Assembly: GCF_009914755.1 (NCBI RefSeq)
Contig: NC_060927.1
Length of the DNA stretch: 64,000 nucleotides
DNA from: the human T2T-CHM13v2.0 reference genome, Homo sapiens
Strand: one strand, 5' to 3'
How positions within the stretch are numbered: position 1 is the first letter of the stretch; every line of letters starts with the position of its first letter. The position numbers and the translations under genes are program-made. Of the stretch, positions 41,872 through 58,166 are shown piece by piece. Below the pieces are notes generated by a model. It did no database searches. It had not been told where the DNA came from and was given only the letters and a program-made list of their open reading frames with translations.

Positions 41872-42063
41872 CTTTGCATCGAGGGTGAGCAGCAACTCAA
41901 ACTCGTTGTAAAACTCCTTGGGGCTGAGCAACGGGTACTCCTTGACTGTGCCCAGGAATGTCGCAATGTCGTTCAAGGCGATATCAACCCCTTCTCGAGA
42001 CTGGCACTTGTCTACAGCTTGGGAAGCCAAGAGGTAGATTCCTGCCTCACACCATTGGCTGAC
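41872..42063 (-). CDS. MCF2L2: MCF2L2 coding exon (192 nt, phase 0-0): VSQWCEAGIYLLASQAVDKCQSREGVDIALNDIATFLGTVKEYPLLSPKEFYNEFELLLTLDAK
   Basis: Acceptor tttctttccaaaAG|GTC and donor AAG|GTAATG. The WC..GIYLLASQ.VDKCQS motif is characteristic of the MCF2/MCF2L family. Confidence 0.94.
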
Positions 42064-42360
42064 CTTTTGGAAAGAAACAGTGCCCTGTGCACTTCGCCTG
42101 ACCACAACTCAGAGCCACCGTAATCCTCAGCAGGTCTGAGCTTGTAAGGTGTCTACAAGGATTCCCAGACAATGGGAAATTGTCATGGGACGGCATCGAG
42201 TTTAAGGGGTCTAACCACTGTAAATTACACTATGAGGGGGACAAACCCAAACCAGCTGATACCTGTCCACTTCTCAGGGAAGTCACTCGGTCAGCAAAAT
42301 GAGTCTCTTCCATTAACAGTAATTGCTACATCTCCAGGAGGAGACAGCTAAATATATATT

Positions 42361-42738
42361 TAATTTAAGACAGGGTTTCACTCTGTCACCCAGGCTGGAG
42401 TGCAGTAGTGCAATTATGGCTTAATGCAGCCTGGAGAGGTCTACCCCAGGCTCAGGTGATTCTTCCACCTTAGCCTCCTGAGTAGCTGGGACTACAGATG
42501 CATGCCACCACACCAGGCTAATTTTTCCTTCCTTCCTCCCTTCCTTCCTTCCTTCCTTCCTTCCTTCCTTCCTCTTTCTTTCTCTCTGTCTCTCTCTCTT
42601 TCTTTCTTTCCTTTTTTTGAGACAGGTTTTGGCCATGTTGCCGAGGCTGCTCTCGAACTCCTGGGCTCAAGCAATCCTCCCACCTCGGCCTCCCAAAGTG
42701 CTGGGATTACAGGTGTGAGGCACTGCACCCACCCAGCC
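42361..42738 (-). mobile_element. AluJ-type element with (CCTT)n/(CT)n expansion in its linker
   Basis: Both arms present, separated by a pyrimidine microsatellite at ~42526-42618. Confidence 0.9.
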
Positions 42739-43629
42739 TTATAGCTAAATATCTCTTAGGCTGGTCTAACCATAGAGAAATGTAATCAATGGCTTTTGGG
42801 GTTTACCTGCTAGTCCACTCTTCTTGCATCCGAATTGGTTACCAGAACACAGGGTGATTAATAAGACATTAGACCTGGCCCTTACATTTCCTGGGAGAAG
42901 GGCATGTCCCTTTTAACAAAAACACAACTTTCATCTTTGGATTCCCAGGTGATCCCTATTTGCATTTACTGGCGTTTGTCTTTCGTAAGGAAGCAAGAAT
43001 GCAAAGCTTTGTAACTCAGCACAGCGATACTCAAGAGTTTCTGGATGCTGGGAGGACATTAGATAGGTGATGAGTTCTAATTATTCAATTTTTAAAAAAG
43101 ACTCATTTTCTTTGCTCTTTTGAACTCCACTGAGACACTTGAACAGAAAGACAGGGAGCCCTTATGCTACCTGAAGAGTTATATGAAAAGAAGTTTCCAG
43201 TGCCAATACCTCTGCATTTCCATTTACCATGTGACCTGAAAAGCAATATAAAGTAACTATACAGAGAAAAAAGATCAAAATGCAACACGCCAAAGTGGTT
43301 GTCTTTCTAAGTGGGAAAATGATAGGCAACTTAAGTTTTTGTCTTATTTTTTTCCTAGATTATTTACAGTGAATATGTACCACATTTAGAATAATAAAAA
43401 ATCATAAAGATATTTCAGAATTAATAATTACCATTATGTAGGGATGGGGGATAGTGGGATATGTACGTGCCCATGAGTAACCTTTTTCTTCCTACATTTT
43501 TGGATTTCCACAATAATATGAACTCATGCTTTGATATATGCTGTGAAAACTTTCTCTTTACACATCATGCCCAGATCTGCAAAAAACATTAGGCTGGGAT
43601 TTTCTGTAGAGTTACTATGGCTACTTGCT

Positions 43630-43702
43630 TTCTCTCTCTCTCTGTCTCCCTCTCTCTCTCTCAAACACACATGCACACACACACACACACACACACACAC
43701 AC
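43630..43702. repeat. (CT)n-(CA)n compound microsatellite
   Basis: Read directly from the sequence. Confidence 0.95.
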
Positions 43703-44912
43703 CAGGCTTATAATCTCTGGAGCAAAAATGGAGTTGGGAAAACAGCAGCTGATCCCACAGCGAGCTCAGCACACAGAGCAGGCTGCACACCAGCCCCTTC
43801 GGAGCTACTTGCTTCTGAAACAACTATATTTCATTGACATTAAAATCCCTTTAGCAATGGGATGAGGTAAGCGCCTGGGTGGGTGCCCCCTGCCATGCAA
43901 GAGGAACAGCTGTGGGGATGGAGCATGCTGACTCATTGCCGTCAGCCACATGCTGCCTGGGACCAGCTCACAGGGAAGACTCCAGAAACCGCTGCTCCTG
44001 CTGACTGGGAACATACCCTAGAGGTCACCTCCAAAGGGCACCCCTCTCCTTGTGGGCCCCTGGCATGCGCCCTTGCTGTCTATCCTGTGAAGCCTTGGTG
44101 TGGAATCTGGCAGGCCTGACTTTAATTCTGGCTTCCCCTGTGTGCACCATGTGTGGTCTTGGGCAGTCATTTACCCCAGGGTTTCTTGGTGACATCCCTG
44201 CACCACCTGCACCAGAATCATTTAGACACTTTACTAAAATACTAGTTCCTGGGCAGTATTCCAGACCTATCGACGCTGAGTCTTCAGGGCAGTGCATAAG
44301 GGAATCTGCCATATAACAGCTCACTAGGTGATTCTCGTGTGCTACATTTTGAGACCCAGCAGAGTATCAGTTTCTGCCTCTGCACAATGAGGCCATTAAT
44401 ACCTTCCTCAGAGGTTGTCTTGAGGATTATAAATAGATGACATAATTATGTTCCTGGTAGGAATGCAGTAGGTGCTCGATACATGGTAGGGGGTATAAAA
44501 TGGTTGTTATTACTTAAGCTTCTCCAAAAAGAGTCAAAACCCTTTGCCTTTATATGAGGGAAGCACTCTGCAAATATAGTGCTTGGTTCTCTGTACACCT
44601 GAAAGGGAATCAAGAAGTGTTCCCACAGGGCCAAGCCAAAACACACTCTTAAAGTCCGGCTCCACACAGATAGAAATGGGCTTCAGTTAACTTTAATGGG
44701 ATGTGGTGGGATGGCCAGAGCACTTTTTACCTTCGTGCCAGGTATACTTCTACACCCCAGGATCTGCACAGTTTTTAATGCCTCTCGAACATCTTTTCAC
44801 ATAAAGCACTCAAGCCTCTCAGCAATCACACAAGGAAGGGAGGACGAGTATGATGGAAGCTTCTTCACAGAAAATCTTGCAGACATCATGTTCTTGGCTG
44901 TGTTTTGCTCAC

Positions 44913-45104
44913 CTTGTCCAGCTGTCTATGAAACTCTAAGGACTTTCCTAAAATGTCCCATTTTTTCTTGTTTCCATTGATGAAATCGTCACAGAGGTGC
45001 CTGAGCTCCACACACCGGGGCCTGATGGCATCTGCTGCATAATGGTGGCTTTGGATGAGCTGGTCCCCAACCAGTGCCAGCAGCTGGGCCTTTTCCAGGG
45101 GCTC
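44913..45104 (-). CDS. MCF2L2: MCF2L2 coding exon (192 nt, phase 0-0): EPLEKAQLLALVGDQLIQSHHYAADAIRPRCVELRHLCDDFINGNKKKWDILGKSLEFHRQLDK
   Basis: Acceptor ttcactttgcAG|GAG and donor AAG|GTGAGC. Spectrin-repeat HYA..I motif. Confidence 0.93.
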
Positions 45105-45512
45105 CTGCAAAGTGAACACCCACAGCCAGGCGTCAGAAGTCAGAGCATCATGAGGCTGAGAGCTGCCTGGTACTGTGTGCTCCAAGCCTGGAGGGAGGCT
45201 GTGGAGATGCTAACCCAGGATGAAGGCTGGAGAACCTGAGAAAGCTCGGAATGGTTCCAGGCCCAGGAAGTTAAGCCTGGCCCAGAGTTGTCCACATGCT
45301 GAACAACAGCAGTCATTCATTCAAATACCTGTTGAGTTCTGGGCTAGACATCGAGGATATAGTGTTAACAAGCCCAAAATTTTCAGATTAATGGAGAATT
45401 CAGATATCAACTAAATTACACAAATCGTTAAATTATTACAATTGCAATAAACTCTAGGGCAGAAAAGCATGGAGTGCACATAATAAGAGATTTTGAATAC
45501 CCCTATTAACTA

Positions 45513-46011
<499 letters not shown>

Positions 46012-46419
46012 TCAATCACATTTCCTACCTCTTTCTGCATGACACTTCGCTCTAACCACACGTGCCAAGTTTTCCTGTTTGTTTAAGCATTCCTTCATTC
46101 ATCCTTCTCATATTATTGAGAACCTGCTATTTGCCAAACACTGTCATAGGTGCTGGGAGTTCATTGGTAAAGAAAGCAGGCAAAAACCCCCACCTCATGA
46201 AATGAAGCTTACATTTTAATGGGAGACAGAGGCAATAAACAAGTGCATGTGTAGGTCATATGGTATCTTAGACAGTGATGAGTATGTGGAGAAAAATTAG
46301 ATGGTGGGGAGGGCAGGGAGTGCTGGAGCTAGTATTTTAAATCGGATGGTGAGACAGTCTCCCTGAGAAGGAGTACTCAAGCTATGCAGAAAAGACTTCA
46401 CATAGAAAGCCTGAGACTA

Positions 46420-47250
<831 letters not shown>

Positions 47251-47820
47251 CTCTGCATACAAGCTGAGACCTGAAGTCAGGGACAAGCCGTGCAGTACTT
47301 GGCTGGGAGGTGAAGGCGTGTTTGACAAGTTTGGGTAGCAGGAAGGAGGCCAGTGTGGCTGCAGCAGAGGGAGCAAGAAGGAAATGAGTGGAAGACTAAC
47401 TAGAGGAAAGAGGGGGTTCCATAGCCGGGGTGAGAGGAAAGCCCCTGGGTTTGGAGGGAGGATCTCGATCATGTTTTTGAAAGGACCACTCCCGGTACAG
47501 TGTCCAGAATAAGAGGAAATGCAGGGAGACTCATTAAGGGGCTGCTGCAGGAATCCAGCCGAGAGATACGGCTTACGGCTGGTCACCAAACTAGCTCCTG
47601 ACTCGACCCTTCTCTGGATTGTTCTTCCCTGGGTCATGCAGAGCTGAGTTCCTGGGTCACCTCCTCACAGCGCTTCCCTGGCGACTATATCTTAAGTCAT
47701 TCTCTACAACCTATTCGCCCAGTCACCTAGGCCCTCTCCCACACTTTAATTCTTTAACAGCATTATCTCTATCTAAAAACTATTTTCTTTATTTACTTTA
47801 ATGTAGAATTCCTCCCTCCT

Positions 47821-48194
<374 letters not shown>

Positions 48195-49370
48195 TCAACA
48201 AAATAAATGAATGAGCCAATGAGCTACATGATGCGGTGACCTGCTTGGCTGGAACTCTGTGAAGCAATCAGCACAGATGACTGCCACATTCCAAAAGGTC
48301 TCCAGGAGCAGAGAGCCCATGAGCCCCCTTGCCAGCCACACTAAGCATCCAGTGCATCACTGCACTGCTTTAGCTGTTTACAGTAACACAAGGAGTCACG
48401 GTAACTCCAGGTGCGTACATCTTGCCCCTCTCTTAACTTGCACTGGTTTATGGTTTCAACAATTTCCAAACCCCTTTCCTCTTACCCTCCCAGTCATTCA
48501 CGAAGCCCCGCAGGGACCGTCGCCTTCTTAATGCCTTTCAAATTCTGACCCCATCTCTGCCACCTCCTTGTCACTGTCTGCTCAGGCCTCATGGCTTCTC
48601 ATGGGGACAACTGGTCTCCCTGCTTTTCTTCAGGCTCTCCTTCAAATCATGCTCCAGACTGCTGACAAAGGAGCAATTCCAACATATCTTATTGTGTCTA
48701 CATCACTCCCAAGCTTCAAGCCCTTTCCTGGGCGCCCAGGGTCTTCAGGAGCAAGCTTAAACTCTTGAGCAATGCACACGGGGAATTTCATTATCTAGCT
48801 CATACCTGGGTGTGCCTGACTTACCAAGTCCTCTTCCACTTCCTCAACTCCATTCTCTGCTGCAACCATACTAATTATCCACTTATTGTTCCCCAAATAT
48901 TCAGGCAGCTTCAGGCCTCCATCCCTTCTCCACCTGCTGTCTGCCTAGAAAGCCCATCCTTCCCTACTCCCCCTCACCCATACTCCTCTGGGGCCAACTC
49001 GATCTAAATCATATTTCAGACTTCACCTTCTCCAGAAAACTTTCTCTGTGCTTCTCTTGATCAGAGCACCTGCTTCATTATGTTGTGACCACTTATCTGC
49101 TGCCTGCGCTATGCCACAGACACCTATGGTCCAGAACCAGCTCTTATTCAACTGAAAACAGTGCATGCTGCATCTTAGGTACTTACAAATAAATGCTGCA
49201 CAAAACAAAGAGGAGTACTGGTATAGAAACAAGTGACACAAATCAAGTAGTGGCTAGTTAAAAGGACTGAGGCAAAAATACCCAGAACACTTGTTCTAAA
49301 CAGCAAAGGCCCAGGTGCACTGGTTACCACCCCTACAAGATGACTGGAATACTCATTCCCTGGGCAGTGA

Positions 49371-49681
<311 letters not shown>

Positions 49682-49884
49682 TGGGCAGTGATTTTTGACT
49701 CTTTGGTTCACTGCTGTGTCCTCAGAACTTAAACAGTACCTGGCATGGTAGGAGATGAATAAATATTTGCAGAATAGATGTCGAATGAATGACAGACCTT
49801 TCCTAGCACTGCTCAGCTACCGCAGACTGAACCTAGCACATGTTCCATAGCCCAGAATTTATCCCTCTACCTCTGTAATGTTAA

Positions 49885-50100
49885 TAACAACAGCTAACAT
49901 CTACTGAGAGCTTAACAGATGCCAGGCACTGTTCTGAATGCTTTACATTTGCTTATTTCCTTAACTCTTCACAACAAACCCTTTGATACAGGTACTGTTT
50001 TACCAAAGGGAAGTGGAGCACAATGGCCCAAGGTGACCCAGGTAGGAAAGAGAAGAGCCAGGCTTCAAACCCAGGCAGTCTTGCTCCAGGATCTGGCTCA
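49885..50100. mobile_element. MIR SINE
   Basis: MIR core-like text: gccaggcactgttctgaatgctttaca...cacaacaaacc...cccaaggtgacccag...ttcaaacccaggcagtct. Confidence 0.7.
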
Positions 50101-50477
50101 GACCAACATACACAGAGAAAAATGGCTGCACTTGTTCTGCCTAAACTTAGAGACCTCATTTGGTTGCTCGAACTTGTCTGACTTTAGTCAAATATAGAAA
50201 CATGAGACTTGGCATGAAAGTCTCTGTTGACACTTTTTTTTTTTTTTAAGTCCAGCTGCCTAATTTATTAAGAACAGGGCAGAATTTTCTGGGTCCAGGG
50301 AAATTCACCACAGGATACTTCCAAATCACCCTGTGGTGATCAGAGCCTGCCCTTCCCTCAGCATACAGTATTTCACCCTTCAGAATTTTCCAGAAGACAT
50401 TTGAGATGTTAGAGGGAAGATGTGTGTAACAGGTCCAAATGGGTCTAGGGAGAAACGCCCATAAAGGCAACTGAGGA

Positions 50478-50772
<295 letters not shown>

Positions 50773-52639
50773 CTAAGGAGCAACCCGGATTCAGCCACCA
50801 CATGGCTGGAAGGTCACTATTACAGAATTGAAAGGACAACAATAGTTTCTGACCACTGACTACTGACCACCAACCATATTGCAAGCTGACCACATGAAGT
50901 CCCTACCACACATCTAACTCATTTAATCTTCACAAGGTCTCTGTGAGGCAGGAATTATTACCTCTGCTTTACAGATGAGGGGGACCATATTCAGAAAGGC
51001 TACGAAACGTGACTAGGGTCATACAGCTGGTACTTGTTAGAGCCAAGATTTGAATCCATCCCTATCCGACTTCCAAAGCCTGTGTTCTTGTCACCTTCCA
51101 GCCCACCTGGCCTCTACACATGTGCTATGAAATCCTCCTGGTGCCTGCAAAGAAATTTATGGTGAAACCTCCAAATTGAAGCTTATTTTTTTAGTTTATA
51201 TACCTCCCACTCAGGATAAATAGTCATCAAAATCTCCAAAGTAAAAAAGAAAGAGTGAGGGAAAAAATGGCTAAAATCTTCTGATCACAAGCCCATCTGG
51301 GATCTTTCAGATGCTGAAAATTCCAGAAGGCTGGATCGTCAAGTTTCAGCTTAGAAGTTGCAATCAGAAATCTTTATTGAAATAAGTTTATTTCCCCCCG
51401 AGGACTCTGCTGGTATAACAGATGAGAGATGAGAGTGCCTACTAGGGAAGAAAGTGGCGAGAAAGCGAGTGATGCTACTCTATCCGGGAATCTAGAACAA
51501 ACCCACAGAGGATCCACAGGGATGGAGTGTGTGTATGGGGAGGTGGGCCAGATGAAACAAGAAAGGCAGAAAGCTAATGGTTGTTGAAATTGAATGATGG
51601 ACACTTGGAGTTCATTGTGCCAGTCTATCTGCTTCTCTGTGTGTTTGAAAATTTCACACATGTACACAAAGCCATGACCCTCCAACAAGATGACATCCTT
51701 AGATGTTAATGGCCTGGGTTCCATGCCTTCTTAGACACAGCACCCTTATGGGGAGAGGTCAAGGCTGAAATCAGGTGGTTCCTCCACCCTGTCCTGGTCT
51801 GTTCCCTGCTGGCCCCTCAGCAAGGGTCTCAGTACGGCCCACAGTCAAAACCCTGCAGCAAGTTCTGCTTTTATAGAAGACCTTCTGTAAGTGGTTGAAA
51901 CTACTGTTTTTCAGAATCAGGAAGGAGCATTCAAAAGACTGCTAAACCCTCAAACGAGAACAAGATAAAGAACAGGCTGAATCAGCATGCGACAGGAGCC
52001 TGGTTAGTGAGTTGACTGAGGTTACTTGTGAGAATGATGTCACTGTGTGGAATAAGGAAGCTGGCAACACCCCAGAGCCAGCGTGTGGCTGTGCTGGGAG
52101 GGAGCTGGCCCCTTAGTGCCGAGTAAAGGACAAACTCCAGGCAGATATTTGTCAGATTGTGGCCAGACACAGTCTTGTTCCTTTAACACTTTAAAGGACA
52201 AATGGAAAGATTAGCCAAGCCCTAATCATCTGAAGAAGCCATGTGTCTGAGAAGTCTGAGGGAAGATATATTGAAAACGATCTCAGTTACGATGAGACAG
52301 CTTTGTTTGATTTACGCAAAGGCAGAGACACAGGTGTACTACATCCTTCAGGAAGCAAGTTTAGAAATAAGATCTGCAAGTCATAGGATGTGACAGGTCT
52401 GCAAATCCTGCAAGTCACAGGTCATCCACAGTGGGCTAGTCTAGCTGCTTCAAGAATGTTGCCCACGAAAGGTGGGTCATGGGTTCACAGAGCATTCCTG
52501 TGTTCCATAACCACAGGTTTCATCCCTAACTCTGGTCAGCAACTTTTGAAGTATATACCAAGGACCACAAGTTCAAGGAAGTGGGCAGAAGAAAGAATGT
52601 GATGCAGTCATGCAGATCCATCGCCACTATTCAAGACAC

Positions 52640-53170
52640 AGCCCAGAGCGCCTTCCAAGGGCTTTCTGTTCCACTGAGAATAAAATTCAAATCCTCACAA
52701 AAGATCTCAGGGTGCAACAGGACTACCTGGCCTCTGCTCATCTCTGTTCACTCATTTCCTCCTGGCCCACCTGCTCTAGCAATGTTCCTTGAACTCACCA
52801 AGCTCATTTCCACTTTAGGACCTTTGCACCTGCAGCTCGCTCTTGCTTTGATACTATTCCCTAAGTCTTTGCATGATTACACAGATCAAACAGATCTCAG
52901 ACCAAAGGTCGTCTTCTCAGGCCTTTCCAGACCATTCTAGCTAAAGTAGCATCCCCAGTCACTTTCTATTATATCTTGTTTTCTTTTTTATATCACTTGT
53001 TACTATCTGATGTTATTATTTATTTGATTGCTTTTTAGTGAACTGTCTCTCTCCAGTAGAATGTAAGCTCCATGAGGGCAGATTCTGGACTGTCTGGCTC
53101 ACCGCTGCACCCACGGAACCTAGGATAAGGAATACCTCTTGATGAATAAATAACCCTCTGGATAGGTCAG
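52640..53170 (+). mobile_element. LINE-2 3' fragment
   Basis: agaataaaattcaaatcc..., tagaatgtaagctccatgagggcag, ending ...tgaataaat. Confidence 0.65.
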
Positions 53171-53603
53171 TAGCTACTTTCATATATATATGAAGGCATT
53201 TTTTTTGATGAGGCACTTTTTCTTAATATATGAATAAGCAAAAAAATATAGTATCTATATTCAGTAAAAAATTATTTTGAAAAAACTAAAATGATATAAG
53301 GTTGGGGCTGTCCTGGAGAATCTAAGGTATCTAGTCATCATATATATGAAATTCAACTTTTCCATTGTTTGATAAATGTTCCTGATGACTCATGTGTCTT
53401 TAGCACTAGTTTATCTGTCAAATGGTCACTGGTAAGAGAAAGAGCGCTCGCTGTGAAGGGATGGGATTCCTGAATGGGGATCTGGATACACAGCTGGGTT
53501 TGTGTGTTCATGCATGTGCACAAGCACCTGCAGCTCAGAATCTACAACCAACAGCTCTTAGAGTCAGTGTGGCCTTGGTATACTTTGTTTTGTATCCTTT
53601 AGG

Positions 53604-53760
53604 GGTGTGTGTCTCCAACTTTAACGTACAAGTCAATCACCTGGGGATCTTCTTAAAATGCAGATTCCAATTCCAGGGTGGGGTCTGAGATTTTATATTT
53701 CTAATTAGCGCTTACTCAGGTGACATCTGTGCTGCTGGCCAGAGGCTCACACTTTGGCAA
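53604..53760. mobile_element. MER5-family hAT-Charlie fossil
   Basis: aatcacctggggatcttcttaaaatgcagattcc...ggggtctgagatt...caggtga...gctgctgg...cacacttt. Confidence 0.7.
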
Positions 53761-54624
53761 ATCTCTAGTACTGCAAAATTGCCGTCTGAGAAACATGCCT
53801 CCAGATTAGCTAAGAAAGGAAGCGCTAACCACAGGGGACTTGGTCCCCAAGACCCAAAAATATAGAGAACCTAATTTCAAACAAGCAGAAAGGAACTTCT
53901 CTGGAAAGAGACGACTCAGCTTTCTTCATTTGTAATAAACCAAATCTGTAAACACTTAAAATGGAATCATTTCTAAATGCTGACTTGTGTGCGGATCTGG
54001 GACACTGTTTAATTCCAGTATGGGACTGTAAAATACATATTCTTTTACAAGTTTCACATTTACAACTCTTGGGACATGAGAAAGGAGAAAGCTTTGCCAA
54101 TTCTGTGTAGCAATGGAACTAACATGGACCAATTTCCCCCATCTAATTGTCTTGCTCCAGGTATAAAACTAGTTGTTTTTTTTTTTCTGGTTTCTCCTTT
54201 GAAAGTTTCCCATCCTTACTACCAACCCCACAACCCCCAGCCCCCTAGTCCAGGCTCCAGGGAGGAGCTCAAGCTGATGGGTGAGCCTCTGATATAATTG
54301 TTCTGGTGAGTGATGAGCCTGTTGTGACCTTCTCCCACTTGGCTGCTGACCACGTGAGAGGGCAGGGCTGGTCCAGAGTCCTCACCCGACCTGAGCGTCC
54401 AACTGCAACTGTATGTTCCGGCAGCTTTAATAGGACTCTGTGCTGCCCGTATTATTCATAGCAGTTGTTAATGTGCCTCTCTCCTTGGGATCCTGGGGTG
54501 ACTGAAGGGCAGGACTGGGCATTCCTGTGTCCTTTAGCAACCTTCCAATAGCAATGACTGGACATGATCCATCATTGTCCACAGCAACCTCCCTCCCAGT
54601 ACACAAAAATGTCAGAAAGCAAAC

Positions 54625-54744
54625 CTGGCTTTTTTCCTCCAGTTTTTTGTGTTCCTTAAGAATCTGCTCCACGTGCATCACGCTGTCTCCAATGCCTGTA
54701 AACTCTGCTTGCTCTTCCAGCAAATTATCCAGGGCAAGCTTAGC
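54625..54744 (-). CDS. MCF2L2: MCF2L2 coding exon (120 nt, phase 0-0): AKLALDNLLEEQAEFTGIGDSVMHVEQILKEHKKLEEKSQ
   Basis: Acceptor tgtttcttgtAG|GCT and weak donor CAG|GTTTGC. Spectrin-repeat helix. Confidence 0.92.
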
Positions 54745-54987
54745 CTACAAGAAACATTAGAACAGTCCAGAAGTAAACCAACACTCACTCACCTGAAGGT
54801 ATAGGTTTGTTATGCTTCAAGAAAACTCAAAATTCCAAAAAGGATTCAAGACTTGTATATATCTATATATGTTAAAAATTTTTTTTTTGCAGCTCACTAA
54901 CTTTCAAATTAAGCTGGGGGTGCAGAATTCACCTGTAGCTGAACTATTAGAACTATATTCAACAGATAATCAATCAAAAAGGAAGAC

Positions 54988-55594
<607 letters not shown>

Positions 55595-55823
55595 TCACTG
55601 AAATGCCATGTACATCAACAGGTAAATGGGATTCTAGAACAGTTTGACTCCACTGAAAAAGTGAGAAGGGGGTTGGAGGGGGTGGTCTGTAAAGAAGCAA
55701 GGAGATAAGGAGAAAGCTGGATTAGGGAAAAGAGGGAAACCCCATACCAAAGAGTGAGGAGGGAGAGAAAACCAGAGGTCCCGGTACCAGAAAAGAAAGT
55801 TACAGTAAACAAGAAAAGAATAC

Positions 55824-55938
55824 CTTACAAAAATCGTGCTCAAAATGCTGTAGTTGTAGGCACTGGTTAAGCTTCAGATGATGCTCAGACCAAAAGTGAC
55901 TAAAGGCTTTTTCTGTTTCATCCAGTTGAACTAATAAC
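55824..55938 (-). CDS. MCF2L2: MCF2L2 coding exon (115 nt, phase 2-0): (R)LLVQLDETEKAFSHFWSEHHLKLNQCLQLQHFEHDFCK
   Basis: Acceptor ctttcttgaaAG|G and donor AAG|GTATTC. Has the spectrin-repeat-like W...KL.QCLQL..FE motif typical of Trio/Dbs proteins. Confidence 0.93.
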
Positions 55939-56556
55939 CTTTCAAGAAAGAATGAGAAAGTGATGTTAGGTTAGCATTCATTTCCACAGGCATCCATATA
56001 GGCCTATGGCTAGAACACCTGTGTCTTCGGTCAGTGGTGTCAATTGTGACCATCTCATTATTATGAAAGCATGTGTCACCTATGCCTTTCTTCTGGCTCA
56101 GCAGGCTTTGCACCTTTCATTTTCCAATCAGGACATCCACAGTGCAGGCAGTGACTTTGCTTCAGATGCAGCTGCTGTGCTTTAGAATGTGCTCCGGCTG
56201 ATCTTACCTTCATGCCTTCTTTCTTTCTACCTGAGACTACACGAATATAAAGCACAGCTCCAAGCTAAACTGTTACTTGGAAATGAAGCCCAGTAAATAC
56301 TACCCTCTCCCTCAAAATCCTAGGGTGGGAACATGTCATATACATTGAAGAGGGGGGAATAGAATGCTCATAAAAAGATCTCTGTATGTGGATGCCAGAC
56401 GGACGTATTCTTTTTTCCTTTGTTGTCTCAAATATTCTTCTTCCTTGGCCCCACCAAGACCCAATATTGGCTGTTCCAATCTGTTCTTGGTTGCTCCAGA
56501 ACATCTAGGTCTACATATTCTCTCCTGAAAAGGCTGATTCCACTTCACTCACTCAC

Positions 56557-56681
56557 CTTTCCATGGTAGTTACATTCTCAAGTTGGTTGAGATTGAGTTT
56601 GCTGTTGGGACATTTGGTTGCTGGTTCTTGGATGCATGACAGCAATGTGGTCCCCTGCTTTCCAAGTAATTTCAGCTCATC
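56557..56681 (-). CDS. MCF2L2: MCF2L2 coding exon (125 nt, phase 0-2): DELKLLGKQGTTLLSCIQEPATKCPNSKLNLNQLENVTTME(R)
   Basis: Acceptor ttttattttctAG|GAT and donor AAG|GTGAGT. Not in the ORF track; translated by hand and frame-consistent. Confidence 0.92.
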
Positions 56682-58141
56682 CTAGAAAATAAAAGTAGTC
56701 TCTCTTAGAACGAATTAGAAAAAACAAATTCTTGGTAGAATTGAGGTGAAGAGAATAGTAGATCAGTACATTTTTCATTTAGGAAATTAAATGCTGATGA
56801 AGTCAAGATGCAGCTTTAATCAATTAACTTATCCTTGACAGGTAACACACCGACATGATACAAAATTCAAAATATCCGAAAGGGTATACATCAAAAAAAG
56901 TATATTTTTCCTCTTCAAAATCAACATCTGCTTTTTGTATATCTCAAGCTATTGTTGTAAATTAAAAGCAAAACTAGTTAATACAATCTAGTTTTAATCC
57001 AAGATAGTGACCAGAAACAAGAAAATGATAGATACTGAATGTTGAACGCTAGAAACTACTGAGCAATAATAATGTAATAACTGCTAGTTGATCATAAAAA
57101 TACTTCAGTTGGTCTCATCAATAAACACCTGCCTCTCCCTCCACCTGCCAACCAACTATGGCCTTGTTTAATTATTTAAGTTTGGCAGATATGGGCAGCA
57201 ATTTCATTTTAACATGGAAAGATTCATACTTCCAAGCCAACCCCCCATTCTACTCTTTTAACAGAGACTTAGTACTATGCAGCTGTGGAAGGCTACTTCC
57301 TTCCAAAGCCAACAGCTGTAGTCCTTTCCTTGGACAGTGCAGGTCATCATTCGTTGCCCTGAGCCTTACCCATAAAGAAAGTCCAGACTGCAAAACAAAA
57401 GTGGCAGAGCCTGACCTAGAATTTTGTGCTTGGGAATTATGGGTTTGGTTCCTGGGTCAGAGGAGGCTGGTTTGGTATGCCCTTGAGCATTAGAACAGGC
57501 CCATACTTCTAAAACAAATCAAGGGATCACCTCTGCACGCAAACACTGAATCACTTCCTCTAGGCCCAGCCACCTGTGTGGTCTTCACACAGCCTAGAGC
57601 TCATTCCCTGTGGGAAGAGTTTTAGACCTCCCCACTCTGATCACACAGAAGTCCTGGACCCTCTCAAGCTGGTACCTTTGTTCCTTGTGTCCCATCCTAC
57701 TCCAGAATTTCCCCTGGAAGGGTTACATTGCCATACCCATCCTCAAACCTGGCCCTGGATCTGGCTGATGATGGACTTGGCTTCCCTGAGCTGGCCCTTC
57801 AGGGTTCTTTGGACACCTCCTCTGGCTCTGTCCACTCCAAACAGTGCCCCACATTAGCCACATGGCTGGCACTTTTGCCTGGGAATCAGGCATATCTCTT
57901 CTTTTCCATTCTCATGTGTCAGCCCTCATTTCTTATCTCATCAATGCTCATGAAATATTTGTAGGTTGGATAAATTAATAACAGCCTAAAAGAAGTCAGG
58001 TTGCAGATGAATAAAGACAAATTAGATATGATGGAAAAATGTACTCTTGGGTCAGTATCTTAGCCATTTCCTCATCCCACCTACTAAAGAGGGTCTTGGC
58101 TTTTCCCACTCATTTTCTTAACTGCTGCTGAGCTTCCAGCA

Positions 58142-58166
58142 ACACACACACACACACACACACACA
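58142..58166. repeat. (CA)n microsatellite
   Basis: Read directly from the sequence. Confidence 0.95.

Noticed and set aside
41872-45104. Two adjacent 192-nt phase-0 exons as a recent exon duplication
   Set aside because: No visible nucleotide or peptide similarity between them; the equal length is coincidence or very ancient.
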